A DNA stretch of 64,000 nt from Entomortierella parvispora E1425 (Eukaryota > Fungi > Mortierellomycota): the NCBI GenBank assembly GCA_020891255.1, contig BQFW01000001.1:1612001-1676000 (forward strand). The letters are read 5' to 3'. The notes beneath the pieces were generated by a model that was not told the origin of the DNA, did no database searches, and saw only the letters and a program-made list of their open reading frames with translations. Shown piece after piece: positions 1 through 11,205 of this stretch. The position numbers were made by a program, and so were the translations under genes. How positions within the stretch are numbered: the stretch's first letter is position 1; the number at the start of each line of letters is the position of its first letter.

Positions 1-3000
1 CCTCGACATCCTTCTTGGCCTTCCTCGGGTCCTCCAAGACAGTGTTGATGATTTTCTTGAGATCATCCGCCGTCGGCTGCCGATCGGGAACAAAGTGCCG
101 CATCTTGAGAACTGCAGTGGTGGCTGAGTCGAGATCATGACGGATAGCTTCATGGTAGTCATACTTGTCTTTCTTGAACTTCACACTGCCGTAATAACTT
201 CGAAGGGTTGGCGACTCTTTTGCTTGGCTCACGATGTGAGTCTTCACCGCTGACTCGAACTCTTGGGCAGCCTGGATCATGGCTGCGGTCAAGGTCATCA
301 TGCCCGTCTCTGTTTGCGATGACTCATCGCCGGAGCTCGTTTGTACGTCTTCCATGGCTAGGCCCGTCTGTGCTTCGTTTTTTTCTTGTACATCCTCCAT
401 GATTTGGTCCTGATCTCCCTGGGCAACCATCCCGACCTGGACCGGCTTCATCGACACTAGCCTCGCCTCGACATCTGGGATCCCTTCTGCAGACTTGAGA
501 TTACTTTGATGCTTGCGGTAGCGTCTGTTGATAGTGTCTCTGGGGCCGCGAGGAATGACCAAGTTGACGGCATTATGTTCAAAGTTGGAGTGCACCAAAG
601 TGCCTGTGGCTGTGCAGGCGACTCCTGGGTCCAAACAAAGAGCTCGGATGCCAATTTGCGGGCCTACAGTGCCTTCGTGCAGCTTGTCGATTGTATCCTG
701 CTTGTTGAATTCATCATAGATGTATGGCCATCCATTCAAAACTGGTGCAGTTGACCAAGGTAAAGCTGCACCCGACGCCAATACTGATACTAGTGCAGGT
801 GCTGGCAGTGGCTCACTCGATATCTGCTTCTCGGGGCTTGGAGGGAGATTTGATTCCCATTCCATCTCGATGGAAGTAGAGAGAACAGGCCCAGTACTGG
901 ATGGATCATCCCCAACCAACCGAGACGGACCGGCGGAACTTGAAGTGAACGACCCCTCCGCGACATTCGACGCTGTTGTCTTTGCAGCTCGTTTTTTCTC
1001 GGTCAGTTTGTAGGCCATGACACGCAGATCGTAACCATTCGTTGAGAAATCCCCACTCAGAACGTATTTTTGTCGCTTGGACCCTGGGCTGGCATCGTCG
1101 ATCTGCCTTTGATAATGTTCAGGGCTCTGGAGTCCGTCACGTACAATGGATCTGAGCTCATCCTTGGTGGCTTGATAACTAGAGTCACTAGCGGGCATAT
1201 CATCCAGTCTCGCCGAGACTTCATCAATCTGTTCGACAACGTTTTGCTCGAGGAGCATCCTCGAATGGAGGGGTAGCGATTGCAGAGCACATTTTGTACT
1301 GCTCGATGGCAGAGATGACGAGGACGACGAGGACGAGGCATTCAAGTCATCGTTGGCCCAGAGCACGTTTGCCCCACGACGATAGCTGGTATTCTGACCG
1401 TTGAGGAAAAGGTAGAAGGAAAGTCGTCCGACCTCGTCCTGCGTGTTGGCGTCGGCTAACATCTTTGCTCCAAAAATACTGTTGAGAATCTGGGCTTGTC
1501 GGTCCTTCTCACTTATGCCTCTTTTGCGACTGTTGGTCAACCTGCAGTCTTTCAGAAGACACGCAACCAGTTGGCGCTCAGTCGCCGTGAAGAATCCGTC
1601 GGCGAACCCGACTTCTGGCAGAGTTTTGACCTGAACTGCTGCGGGAAGCATCATGTTCATAATCAAGTGCATGCTAAGCCGATCGTGTTTGTCAGACTTG
1701 CCGTCGTCGTTGATCGAGTTCAACAGTTCCTTTCCACAGACAGAGGAAGCCCACGCAGGGTTGTTGAGAATGACCTATTACAATGCACAGTTAAAATTCG
1801 GTGTGGTTAGAGTCATGGTGAAGCTCGCAAAGAATAGGATAGCTTTTGTTGCAAGGACTTACCCTCTTCTTTAGTTCCAAAGTAAATTTGAATACATGGC
1901 TCCCGACCATGTCAGAGAGACCTCTTGCACATTGCTCGATGAATGCTTTGTCACAAATGTCTCCGTCATTAGGTAAGAACGGCTTTGCACTTCGAGCTTC
2001 GGTGAGCTTCTTGTACTTCTCGAAAAGATCATCAGCATCTGTTGCTGTCTTTGACGTAGTCTTGCCGAGTCCAGAATCATCAGAGCCCCAGTAGATCATT
2101 CGACGGAGAAGTCGCTGGAAAAATGGGCCACAATACGCTGGGGTTAAGAGATTATTGAACCGGCTCCTCCTCTCTTCTGCATCGCTCAGCGCTTGGTCGC
2201 CATCAATTGCCGGGTACTCCTTGAATACGGTCGCGATGTAGAGCTCCGTCGCCAGGAGACCCTCACGTAGGAGATCGGAATGGACCTTGGCCATGGTACG
2301 TATGACAGTGACGATGTACTTAACCATTGTTGTGCGGTCGTCTTCGCTGAGCGACGGAAACGACTTTTTTACGCTGTGAGAGAGGCATGACTCGAGTCGG
2401 CCAGGTCTCATCGCGACCAGTGGAAAGTGGCCACCGACAATGTCGCCAATGATATTGGTGGTATTTCTCTTCCGAGACTTTACATCCGCATTTTGCCCGG
2501 CAGTTCCTTTTCCCTTCATTTCCTCGTCTCGGGCCCTCCTCTTGGATGGGGCGTAGGTCGTCGTGCTCGGTCGCTTTCTAGATTTTTTTTTCTCCTCGGC
2601 CTTTGCTTTTTTCTCCTCGGCAGCCTTCGACTTTTTCTCCTCGACCTTCGCCTTTTTCTCTTCGGCAACCCTTGCTTTTTTCTCCTCGGCCTTTGTCTTC
2701 TTCTCTTCGGCCTTGGCCTTTTTCTCCTTGGCAGCTTTGGACTTTTTGTCCTGTGGGACAGACTCAACGCTCTGAACATCCTCATCGGCTGGAAAACTGT
2801 CTTCGCCCTCCTCTCCTTCGTCCTCTTCACTATGATCTTGAATTTGAGAATTGGGAGCAGGTCGGCCAATGGTCATGTTCCTACAGCCGATGGGCTCAGT
2901 GTTCTTGCTTGGATTTATGTAGACCGAAGAGAATGCCTTGGGGCAGTATTTATGGCCAGAGGAGTACCGACAATAGCTGTGTTTTAAAGAAAGATAAAGA

Positions 3001-4802
3001 CATGAAGAAGATAGGAGTTCAAAAAAGGTCAAATGCCTGTCGTATTTCAGTGCAAACATCGAGCAGCAGAATCATTGGTCTTACCCCCGACGGTGCTTCT
3101 TTTTCAGCTTTACTTCAGGATCGAGATCACTGCTTGTGGTGGTTGGAGGAGGTGTTGACAGTTCGACGATTGAGCCAGCATCGGGCTCTGGCGGACAAAG
3201 TGCCAACACGCTGACGATATTGTCCGTTACCGCATCGAGCTGAGGAGAAATCAACGCGGCTGACGACACGCTAAACATGTTCATGGCCGACCCTTCATCT
3301 GATTGGGGCCTGCGCGACTGACGATACCTAAGATGGCAGTAAAGTGGCAATGCACAAGTCATGATGAATACATTGGTTGGTAGCTATAACGACAGGATAA
3401 CGTCTTTCGTGAAATTTCACCCTTACCGGCTCGTCAAAACTCCCAAACGAAAAACTATCCTGCGGATCGAGTCGTCGAGAACGTCGTTGACCTGTTGGTT
3501 TTGTTCAAGAAACGTCTCTTGCAGATTCACAAAGCTACTGATGGACTGCTGGACATTCTCAACATAATCCTTTTTCTTCGAGCAGAATTGAGCGACATGC
3601 GCCTCAACAGTAGGATTAATGTCCTCGCGAAGCAAATCCTCTCGGATGGCCTTCATCGCCTTAATGGCGCTATTGAACGACGTCCGGCCGATGCTTGGGT
3701 CATAGTCATTAAGACTTACGACGGCGCCTGCGACCCACTGCTCTTTTGATTCAAGTCCACAAAATGTAATCATTTCCTCGACAGGGTAGGAATAGAACCG
3801 GGTGCCTCTAGGTTGGAAACGAACGAACTCCTTAATCCCCATGAACATGAGATCACTGTCGGTGGTCACCACCGTGAGGTTTGGGTCATCGCGGGCCAAT
3901 TTTCCAGCGCAAATGTCGAACTGGCCATCGCAGACGTGCGAACGCCACCCATGAGAGTCATGGAGTTCACGGGCGACATTCTTAGTTGTTCGGGGGTCAA
4001 CACTACGGCACTTGAGCCAGTGTGGAAACACGACGCGCCCGAGATACTTCCTGAGCCGACGAAGCTGATTGTTGGACAGGTTTTTTTTCGATTCCAACTG
4101 TAAAAGCCGTCTTTCGGTCGAAGCGAGCATGTCAGACATTTTGAAAGATGCAGGTAGGCTGGCTTTGAGCCGACGTTCACGGGCAAAAGCCTTCTCAGCT
4201 GTAGGTGTCCCATCGTAATGGATATAGTCGGACAACTTGCTGTAGTTGTTGTCAAACATTTTGTCCATGGACCTGGCAAGAACAGGCAATATCTCGTCGC
4301 GCGCTCTATTGAGTTCATGGCAGACGTTGTCTGGAAGTGGCTGCGATCCTGGTGGGAATGAAGCTGACACAGGAGAAGCTGGCCCAAAATATGACGGGGG
4401 CTGAATAAGCGGCTGTCGTGGAACAACCGGGATTGTTGTGGAGGGGTTCCTGTTTGAGGTCGAAGATGGGCTTGAGATGTGAAGTGCGGATATCCTTTGG
4501 GGGACGCTGACGGATACGTCTTGGGAAAATGAGCCATCGGGCCGTTCAGCAGATGGAAATTGCCACAATTTGTTTTCCTTATCCCATTCTCCCAGGGGCA
4601 ACGGGGAAGCCGTGGTGCTTGCTGTGCTAACTTCCTTCGCTTGCTTTTTGAACGCTTTGAGGAGAAGACGGCCTTCCGTATTTTTGAGTCTGATATAGGA
4701 GACTGCAGATCCATCGATATGACACCCATCTAAGGACTTGGGGTCGATGACTTTGATGGCCTTACAGTCTTTCAGAGGCGCAAAGGCATTAGCGACACCC
4801 AT
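1..4802 (-). CDS. Spliced >1,500-aa protein: N-terminal XPG/FEN1-like PIN nuclease fused to a C-terminal TnpB/Fanzor-like RuvC region (3' end beyond window)
   Basis: Exons are 4802-3427, 3327-3085, 2976-1863 and 1774-<1. The GT..AG introns (3426-3328, 3084-2977, 1862-1775) join in frame. The first three exons give 2733 nt (911 codons), and I translated 591 further stop-free codons by hand to position 2. XPG-like motifs: MGV start, HIDGS, HYDGTPTAEK..RERR, TTDSDLMF, SLNDY. Fanzor-like motifs: YVLSGDFSTNGYDLRVMAYKL (from 1066), ALCLDPGVAC (Asp codon 631-629), YYGSVKFKKDKYD (from 196). Confidence 0.8.
2583..2750 (-). repeat. Coding tandem repeat encoding about 7 EEKK-[A/S/T]-[K/R]-[A/V]-like units
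   Basis: Plus-strand TTTT(T)CTC(C/T)TCGGC-like units recur. Translation: KKAKAEEKKTKAEEKKARVAEEKKAKVEEKKSKAAEEKKAKAEEKKK. Confidence 0.9.
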
Positions 4803-5484
4803 GCTACAAAGGACAAAGACTACAGCGCTATTAGTACCTGGATAAACTGTTCTGCGACAGCAAAAGTCATGTCAATCTACCTGAAAAAGCGCAAAGCCTG
4901 GACGACAATATCAACCGAGTCAACTCGAACTTCTACCAAACATGACATAGACAAAGTAGAGGAGAAGGTCAGAGAGACGGTGGAGATGCTGCTTTTGCGA
5001 TACAAAACAAGAGATAAATACTGCGCACGCACTGAAGCTGCGATTACGGGTAAGTGCTCGAGAGGATTGAGATATAGTAAAGTGGAGGAGACGAGTGTAT
5101 GTGTATATGCGTGGAGTAGGGGCAGAGGCGAATGGGACGATGAAAAGAATGGGAGCGAATGAATGACCACGAATGGGACGGACACGAAACAAAAGAACAC
5201 GAAAAGGCGGAAACGCGCATCCATCAAAGTCACGTGCACGGAACAAGGGGCGATACCCTTAAATATAGCCATCTCTCTCCATAGCGACGTTGCTGTCCCG
5301 GCCAGAAGCGAAAAGAGCACATAGCCTTGAGGGTGTGAAGGGCATCAATCGTTTTATGAAGTCCATGGTGATCAAATGGTCTCGCTTTCTTCTTTATAGG
5401 AGTTTTCGCGTTTATGTTGGGACTAGGTGACGTGCACCATAGCAATAATGTCGTGGATTTGCCTCTAAGCCACTGCAGCTCTGG

Positions 5485-5492
5485 TATAAAAG
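5485..5492 (+). promoter_or_regulatory. TATA box (TATAAAAG)
   Basis: Perfect consensus about 30 nt upstream of a pyrimidine-rich, 5'UTR-like 78-bp repeat unit. Confidence 0.5.
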
Positions 5493-5522
5493 GGTGCTAT
5501 GAGCGGGAGATAGAGGAAAGTT

Positions 5523-5753
5523 GTCTTTGCCACATACTTCTTTCCTACTATTTCGTCGCTGCTGCTTCTGCTATACGGACACTGGTTCCATACGAGCAGG
5601 TACTTTAACGGACAATATCAACACATCAGTACCATCCATATCAATACTTCAATACCAATATCAATAACAATAAACGTCTTTGCCACATACTTCTTTCCTA
5701 CTATTTCGTCGCTGCTGCTTCTGCTATACGGACACTGGTTCCATACGAGCAGG
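5523..5753. repeat. Perfect 78-bp direct repeat (5523-5600 and 5676-5753) separated by a 75-bp A/C-rich spacer
   Basis: GTCTTTGCCACATACTTCTTTCC...CCATACGAGCAGG is identical in both copies. The spacer contains degenerate TA(C/T/A)CAA units. Confidence 0.95.
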
Positions 5754-5818
5754 CGAGAACCCTTTAGGGAAGCCGGAAAAGAACACAGAACAACCCGGAG
5801 AACCTTTATTCCACGAAC

Positions 5819-6016
5819 ATGAGCTCCTTTGGCTCAGGCGACGAGCAAGAGGATGTTGACCTCGAAGAGAATGTGCCCGCAGGGACCAGCTCAAACTTTA
5901 AATACCTGGGGCGCGGGACAGCACAGAAGGGGACCGCTGGTACCACCAGAGCGTCTTTCGACCACGATCAGTCCAGGCCCTTCTACACCCCGAACACACA
6001 GATTCCTCCACAATAA
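5819..6016 (+). CDS. Possible small 65-aa protein of unknown function
   Basis: ATG in a good context (AACATGA) downstream of the TATA box and repeat, with AATAAA overlapping the stop. No recognisable family. Confidence 0.25.
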   Translation: MSSFGSGDEQEDVDLEENVPAGTSSNFKYLGRGTAQKGTAGTTRASFDHDQSRPFYTPNTQIPPQ

Positions 6017-6349
6017 AGAAATCACGTGCAAAAAAACCCCGTCTTCACGATCCCCCGCGCGTCTCCACGGCCACGGCGAAACTCGTCCGGGTCGCACACC
6101 CGCCGATTGGGCGATGGGGACCGACAGACCGACAGAGACGAGAGGGCAAAGAGAGTTTGCCACTTTACACCTCTTGCCAGGTCTCCTGGCCTTGGTTCCT
6201 TTTTCTTGGTTCCTTCTTCTTTGTTCATTCCTCTCTTCCCCATTCTTCTCCTCTCTTCACTTCTGTCTACACGTTAGTTTCTTTTCTTTTTCTCCTTGCT
6301 CGGCACATCCCTCTCATCTCTTGTCACCGCACTTCAACGAGGCACCACC

Positions 6350-9300
6350 ATGCTAAAGTCCGTCTCGGTCGCATTCATCCCCTTGCGCCACTGTCTCATC
6401 AACCTGCCCAGTACCTGGGCAAACGCCCTGCTGGATCAGGGCAAGGTAACCTCTTCCCTCCATTCATTCCCATCATGACCGCTTGCTTGACATCCCTTCG
6501 TTCCTTTGAATAACACCGTTCGCCTGACCTTGAATAGCTCTCGCAAAACGTCGTCCTTGAACTTTCATGGCAGGACGGATCAACAGAGAAAAAATCTTAC
6601 GTCGGTTGGAGTGGTGGTGCCTCCGGCTCCGGATCGTCCCCTGCCCCTTCTCCTCCAAGACCAGGACAGCAGAATGGAGACACCATCGAAATGGATCCTC
6701 AGTTTGGACAGGCCATGGGACTGCGTGCTGGTCAAAAGGTATACTGGCGGACCGTTGAACTTCAATCGATCTCGTACCATCTGATCTCAACATACTTCTA
6801 ACCAAGGCTGATTGAATTGTACTGTGGGAATATAGGTCAGCATCGAATTTGTGAAGACTGTCCAGGATGGCATCTCTGTAAACGTGGCTCCTTACTCTGA
6901 GGATGACTGGGAGATTTTGGTAATCAATTCGGGCAACCGAGTCATGAGCAGCATGTCGCGACACTCGGTAGAAATACTTACCTTTCTCTTGATCTAACTC
7001 CTATCTCTTAGGAACTGCATGCTGGATATGTTGAGGATCAAATGCTGAACCAGATCAGGATATTATACCCCCACCAAATTGTCACTATGTGGGTCAACGG
7101 CCGCACTCTTGTCCGACTTCGCGTCCGTAAGTTTAAATGCATTGACAGATCGAAAGACCGCGGTTCGAAAGGCCGCTGTATCTGAAGCGCCTTTCTCATA
7201 TTTTTGTCATTATGCTCTCGTAGTCGATATTAACCCTGCAGCGCCATGCGTAATGTTGGGAGCCAACGCCGAGGTCATTGTCGCACCCATGGTCCGCAAA
7301 GTCAATGGAGGAACACCAAAGCCAGCAGACAACCAGGATCTATCGACACACATCTCAAAGATCTCACAGGCACAATGCCTTCGTGTCCTTGCCTTGGATG
7401 AAATTTCGGATGAGCAGCGAGATTTGATCGAAGAAGAGGGTCCGTTCACCGTCCAAGTGCATCCTGACAGCTGGATTGAAGCTGATCTCACGAACCGGTT
7501 AGCTCTTCGCCTTACCAAAGTCATCCCACCTCATGCGGAAAAAGCTACCGACGACGAGACCAGGGACCCAGATGATCTTGTGATTGGCACGTCGGCTGTC
7601 TATGTCAAAGCTATGGCCTCATATGACGTTCCGGTGGGACATCTTGCGATCTCTAAACAGGTCCAGGATGCATTGGATGCTGAAAACTTTTCGATTGTCA
7701 GGTAAGGAACTATGGGCAGGGCTTGCTACTGCTAAAAAGAATGGTTCAATCTCCTACTGTTGATACTCACCCTTTGCTTCTCTTGATTCACTAGACTATC
7801 AGAGACGTTTCATCAATCAGCCCAGCTATCCAGCATTACTCTTCGTCCAATTGCAACTAATGGATCCATTCCAAGTACCCCAGCTCCATTGAAGCTTCAG
7901 CCGAAGTCTGCCAGCCATGATGCAGAGAAAACAGCGAAAGCCGACAATTTAATCTCTATTTTCAAGGAATGGACCAATACTTTACCTACGAACGAGTCCC
8001 TGATCTTGAGCCATGGATCGCTTCTTTCTATTCCACATGGCGATTCTATCCAATCATTTTCCGTCACATTTCCACCCAAGTCTCTCCCTGTACCAAAGTC
8101 GGCGCCACAAGATGAGACAAAGAATCATCCAGAGCCAGAAGCGTATAGTGTCCTTACCGTGCAACAAGTAGCGCAGCTCAAGGTCGAAATTGGGGAAAGC
8201 CAAAGCGTCCGCTACGTATACAAGAAGTAAGTTTGAAAACCCGCATGTTGATATGGTCAGAGATCAGATGGAATAGACATTAATAGCCATTGCCTCTGTA
8301 GACCCGTCAACCATATCGCAGAGACTCCCGCGGCTTTGGGTGGTGTCTCACAGGTCACTGCAAGGGCCGAAAAATACCTTCTAACATGTCTTTCCAAGCT
8401 TGAGCTTCGTGATGCTTTCGCAGTTCCGAACCTGGGAGGATTCCTTCTTTGTGGCCCACATGGAGCAGGCAAAACCGTCGTTGCTCGGTCACTTATCCGT
8501 AAACTGGCTCAAAACCGCGAGACTCTCGCATGTAAGTACCAGAGGAATAATGCTATATATACGTTAGCTCACTTTACTCACCTCCAAGGCTGTCTGTTGT
8601 AGATTGTCTTGAGATCAATTGTGCTGAGTACGCAGAGGACAGACTGCCTGTTTTGATGACGAAGTTTCAACAGTGGTTCGACACTGCCGCATTCCACTCG
8701 CCCAGTATTCTTTTTCTTGAAGATCTCGACCGGCTGATCCCTGCTGAGGTTGAGCATGCCGATTCATTCCGCTCACGGCAGATTGCTGAGGTCTTTTTGC
8801 AAATAGCGACAAAGATGTGCAAACGTTTTGACCGGATCGCCATTGTTGCCACTGCTCAACAACAAGTTTCCGTCCACCCATCCTTGATCACCTCGCATTT
8901 GTTGAGCGAAATCATTCGACTTACGCCACCAGGAAAAACCGAGCGCAAGGAGATGCTCCAGAGCTTGATGGAGACTGGCCCTGCAATCTTGCAACGCTCT
9001 CTGCCGAAAATTGATTTGGTCTCCGTCGCATCCAAAACGGAAGGATATCTGGCCGCCGATCTGAAAGCATTCTTGGAACGTACAGTGCACGAGGGAGCCG
9101 TCCGAAACATTGCTGCTCAAGTCGAATCCCACAACGTCAATACAGCTACGTCTGTGCCGAATGGTGCTGGTGCAGAGTCTACTGCTGGCCACGAAGGTGC
9201 CTCCGGAGAGCAAGAGTTCTCGCTGACACAAGCAGATTTCCTTAAGGCGCAGGAGGGCTTCGTACCCAGCAGTCTTCGCGGTGTCAAACTGCAGAGTTCT

Positions 9301-10696
9301 GCGACGAGTTGGTTGGATATCGGAGGGTTGAACGAGACGCGCAAGATTTTGCTGGAGACACTGGAGTGGCCTACCAAGTACGCATCCATCTTTTCGCAAT
9401 GCCCCCTTCGTCTGCGTTCTGGCTTGTTACTTTTTGGACATCCAGGTTGTGGAAAGACCTTGTTGGCATCTGCGGTGGCAAAGGAATGCGGGCTGAACTT
9501 CATCTCTGTCAAGGGTCCCGAGCTGCTTAACAAGTATATTGGTGCTTCTGAGAAGAGTGTCCGTGACTTGTTTGAGCGAGCTCAAGCAGCTAAACCCTGC
9601 GTCCTCTTCTTTGACGAGTTTGACAGTATTGCACCCAAGAGAGGTCACGACAGCACTGGAGTCACGGATCGTGTTGTCAATCAGATGTTGACACAGATGG
9701 ATGGTGCTGAAGGTCTGGATGGCGTTTATGTGTTGGCAGCGACCTCGCGCCCAGATCTGATTGACCCTGCCTTACTCCGCCCTGGTCGTCTTGACAAGTC
9801 TTTGCTCTGTGGTATGCCCACTATGGAAGAACGCTTCGAGATCCTGACGTGTCTTGCTAGGAAGATGGAAGTTGCCGAGGATGTCGACCTCATGGACACG
9901 GCAAGACGTACAGAGGGATTGACCGGTGCCGATCTTCAAGCTGTCCTTTACAACGCTCATTTGGAAGCCATTCGCATCGCCATTGAACGCGAGGAGGCCA
10001 TCAAAAAGGAGCGTCAGCAGAACAGCAATCAAAACTCGGGATCCTCTTCTCCGGTGGCTGGAGCGTCTAGTAACGGTCGTGGCCGCGACGATGGAAAGGT
10101 CATGCGATTTGTGAGTTTAGGAGGCAAGGGATTTGGCGCTGGAAAAGCAAGCAAGAAGGCCAACTTGACCTTGGCTGAACGTGGCCAAATTTCACAAAGG
10201 GTAAGTTCAGTTGAGAGAAAACAGGCAGGACTATGAGTACAATTCATGTTCTTCTGCGGACTGAATGCTGACCCACTCTTTGCAATGTTATTTCCCCTTT
10301 TCAGCTGGAGTTGATTGCCAAGGGTATCAACGCCTCCAGGGAGGCCGGCTCTGGAAACAATGGCGAGTCTGCAGAAGGCGGAGAGGATGATCAGGGCAAC
10401 AAAGCACCCAAGGGATCACGCCCCGTTATCACCCTGGAGCATCTAGAGGTCTCGCTGAACAACACTCGATCGTCTATTACCCCTGAGGAGAGCATGCGCC
10501 TTGATCTCATGTAAGTTTTTTATTCTTTTAACTGTTGATTTTCTCATAGTTTCAGTGACTCCATCGCTGACACTTGCCTTTCATATATGATTTTATCCTT
10601 CGCTGTAGTTACAAAGAGTTCTTGGGAGACCGCAATGGAGAGATGTCGAATGGCACTGGGAGCCATGAGCTTGGTCAAAGGACCACCCTTGCCTAA
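6350..10696 (+). CDS. PEX1: Peroxisomal AAA+ ATPase Pex1 (multi-exon)
   Basis: N-terminus [20 protein letters not shown], then YVGWSG and EDDWEIL|[16 protein letters not shown]. Walker A motifs GPHGAGKT (D1) and GHPGCGKT (D2), plus [41 protein letters not shown] and LLRPGRLD. C-terminus GQRTTLA*. GT-AG introns. Confidence 0.96.
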
Positions 10697-10855
10697 TACA
10701 AAAAGGCTGTAATTTTGCCACTGTTTTCCTTCTTTTCATTTTTGCTTTGCCCATTTTCACGTGACCATTTCGCGCGTGCTCTGCATCACTGCATCACTGC
10801 ATCACATCATTCAGGTCGTCAACCCAACACTCAACCCTCCCATCCACATCCAGCC

Positions 10856-11164
10856 ATGAATCCACATCAGGAACAACAGGCTGCTCTCCTCAACCGCATT
10901 GCCATTAATGTCGTACGTTATTCGCTAGCATGAGATTGGCAATGTACTGGAGTTCTGTCTTTGATGTTGCCACCGATTGCTAATGTTTCTTCTTGTGTCC
11001 ATCAGGAAAAGCTGAACGAGTCTTTAGAAGAGCTCAACAAGAAGCTTGTCCGAGTAAATGAAGGAAACGAATCGACCGTGTTGATGGCACAGATCTGGAA
11101 CACGTATGCCAAGAGCACCCATATCATGTTGGAGGGCCTTGGAGGATTGCAGCCACCAGAATGA
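10856..11164 (+). CDS. DAD4: DASH/Dam1 complex subunit Dad4 (2 exons)
   Basis: MNPHQEQQAALLNRIAINV|EKLNESLEELNKKL...VLMAQIWNTYAK matches the fungal Dad4 pattern. One GT-AG intron. Confidence 0.9.
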
Positions 11165-11175
11165 TGAGATACCAG

Positions 11176-11205
11176 AAAAACAAAAACAAAAACAAAAACA
11201 AAAAC
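11176..11205. repeat. (AAAAAC)5 microsatellite in the DAD4 3' region
   Basis: Read directly from the sequence. Confidence 0.9.

Larger units (their letters stand above)
1..5300 (-). mobile_element. Putative Fanzor-carrying mobile or domesticated element (boundaries unresolved)
   Basis: Inferred only from the TnpB/Fanzor-like coding region, since such genes are usually transposon-associated. I could not identify TIRs or a target-site duplication. Confidence 0.3.

Noticed and set aside
1791-4802. Treating ORFs 3423-4802, 3081-3362 and 1791-3059 as separate genes or a broken pseudogene
   Set aside because: Each apparent stop lies just inside a GT donor, and the acceptor phases match exactly, giving one continuous frame.
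5523-5753. Repeat-spacer-repeat as a true CRISPR array
   Set aside because: Only two copies, the 78-bp repeat is far longer than CRISPR repeats and non-palindromic, the spacer is low-complexity, the context is eukaryotic, and there are no cas genes.
4850-6340. Terminal inverted repeat or target-site duplication marking the right end of the Fanzor-like element
   Set aside because: None identifiable by eye, and the partner end lies outside the window.
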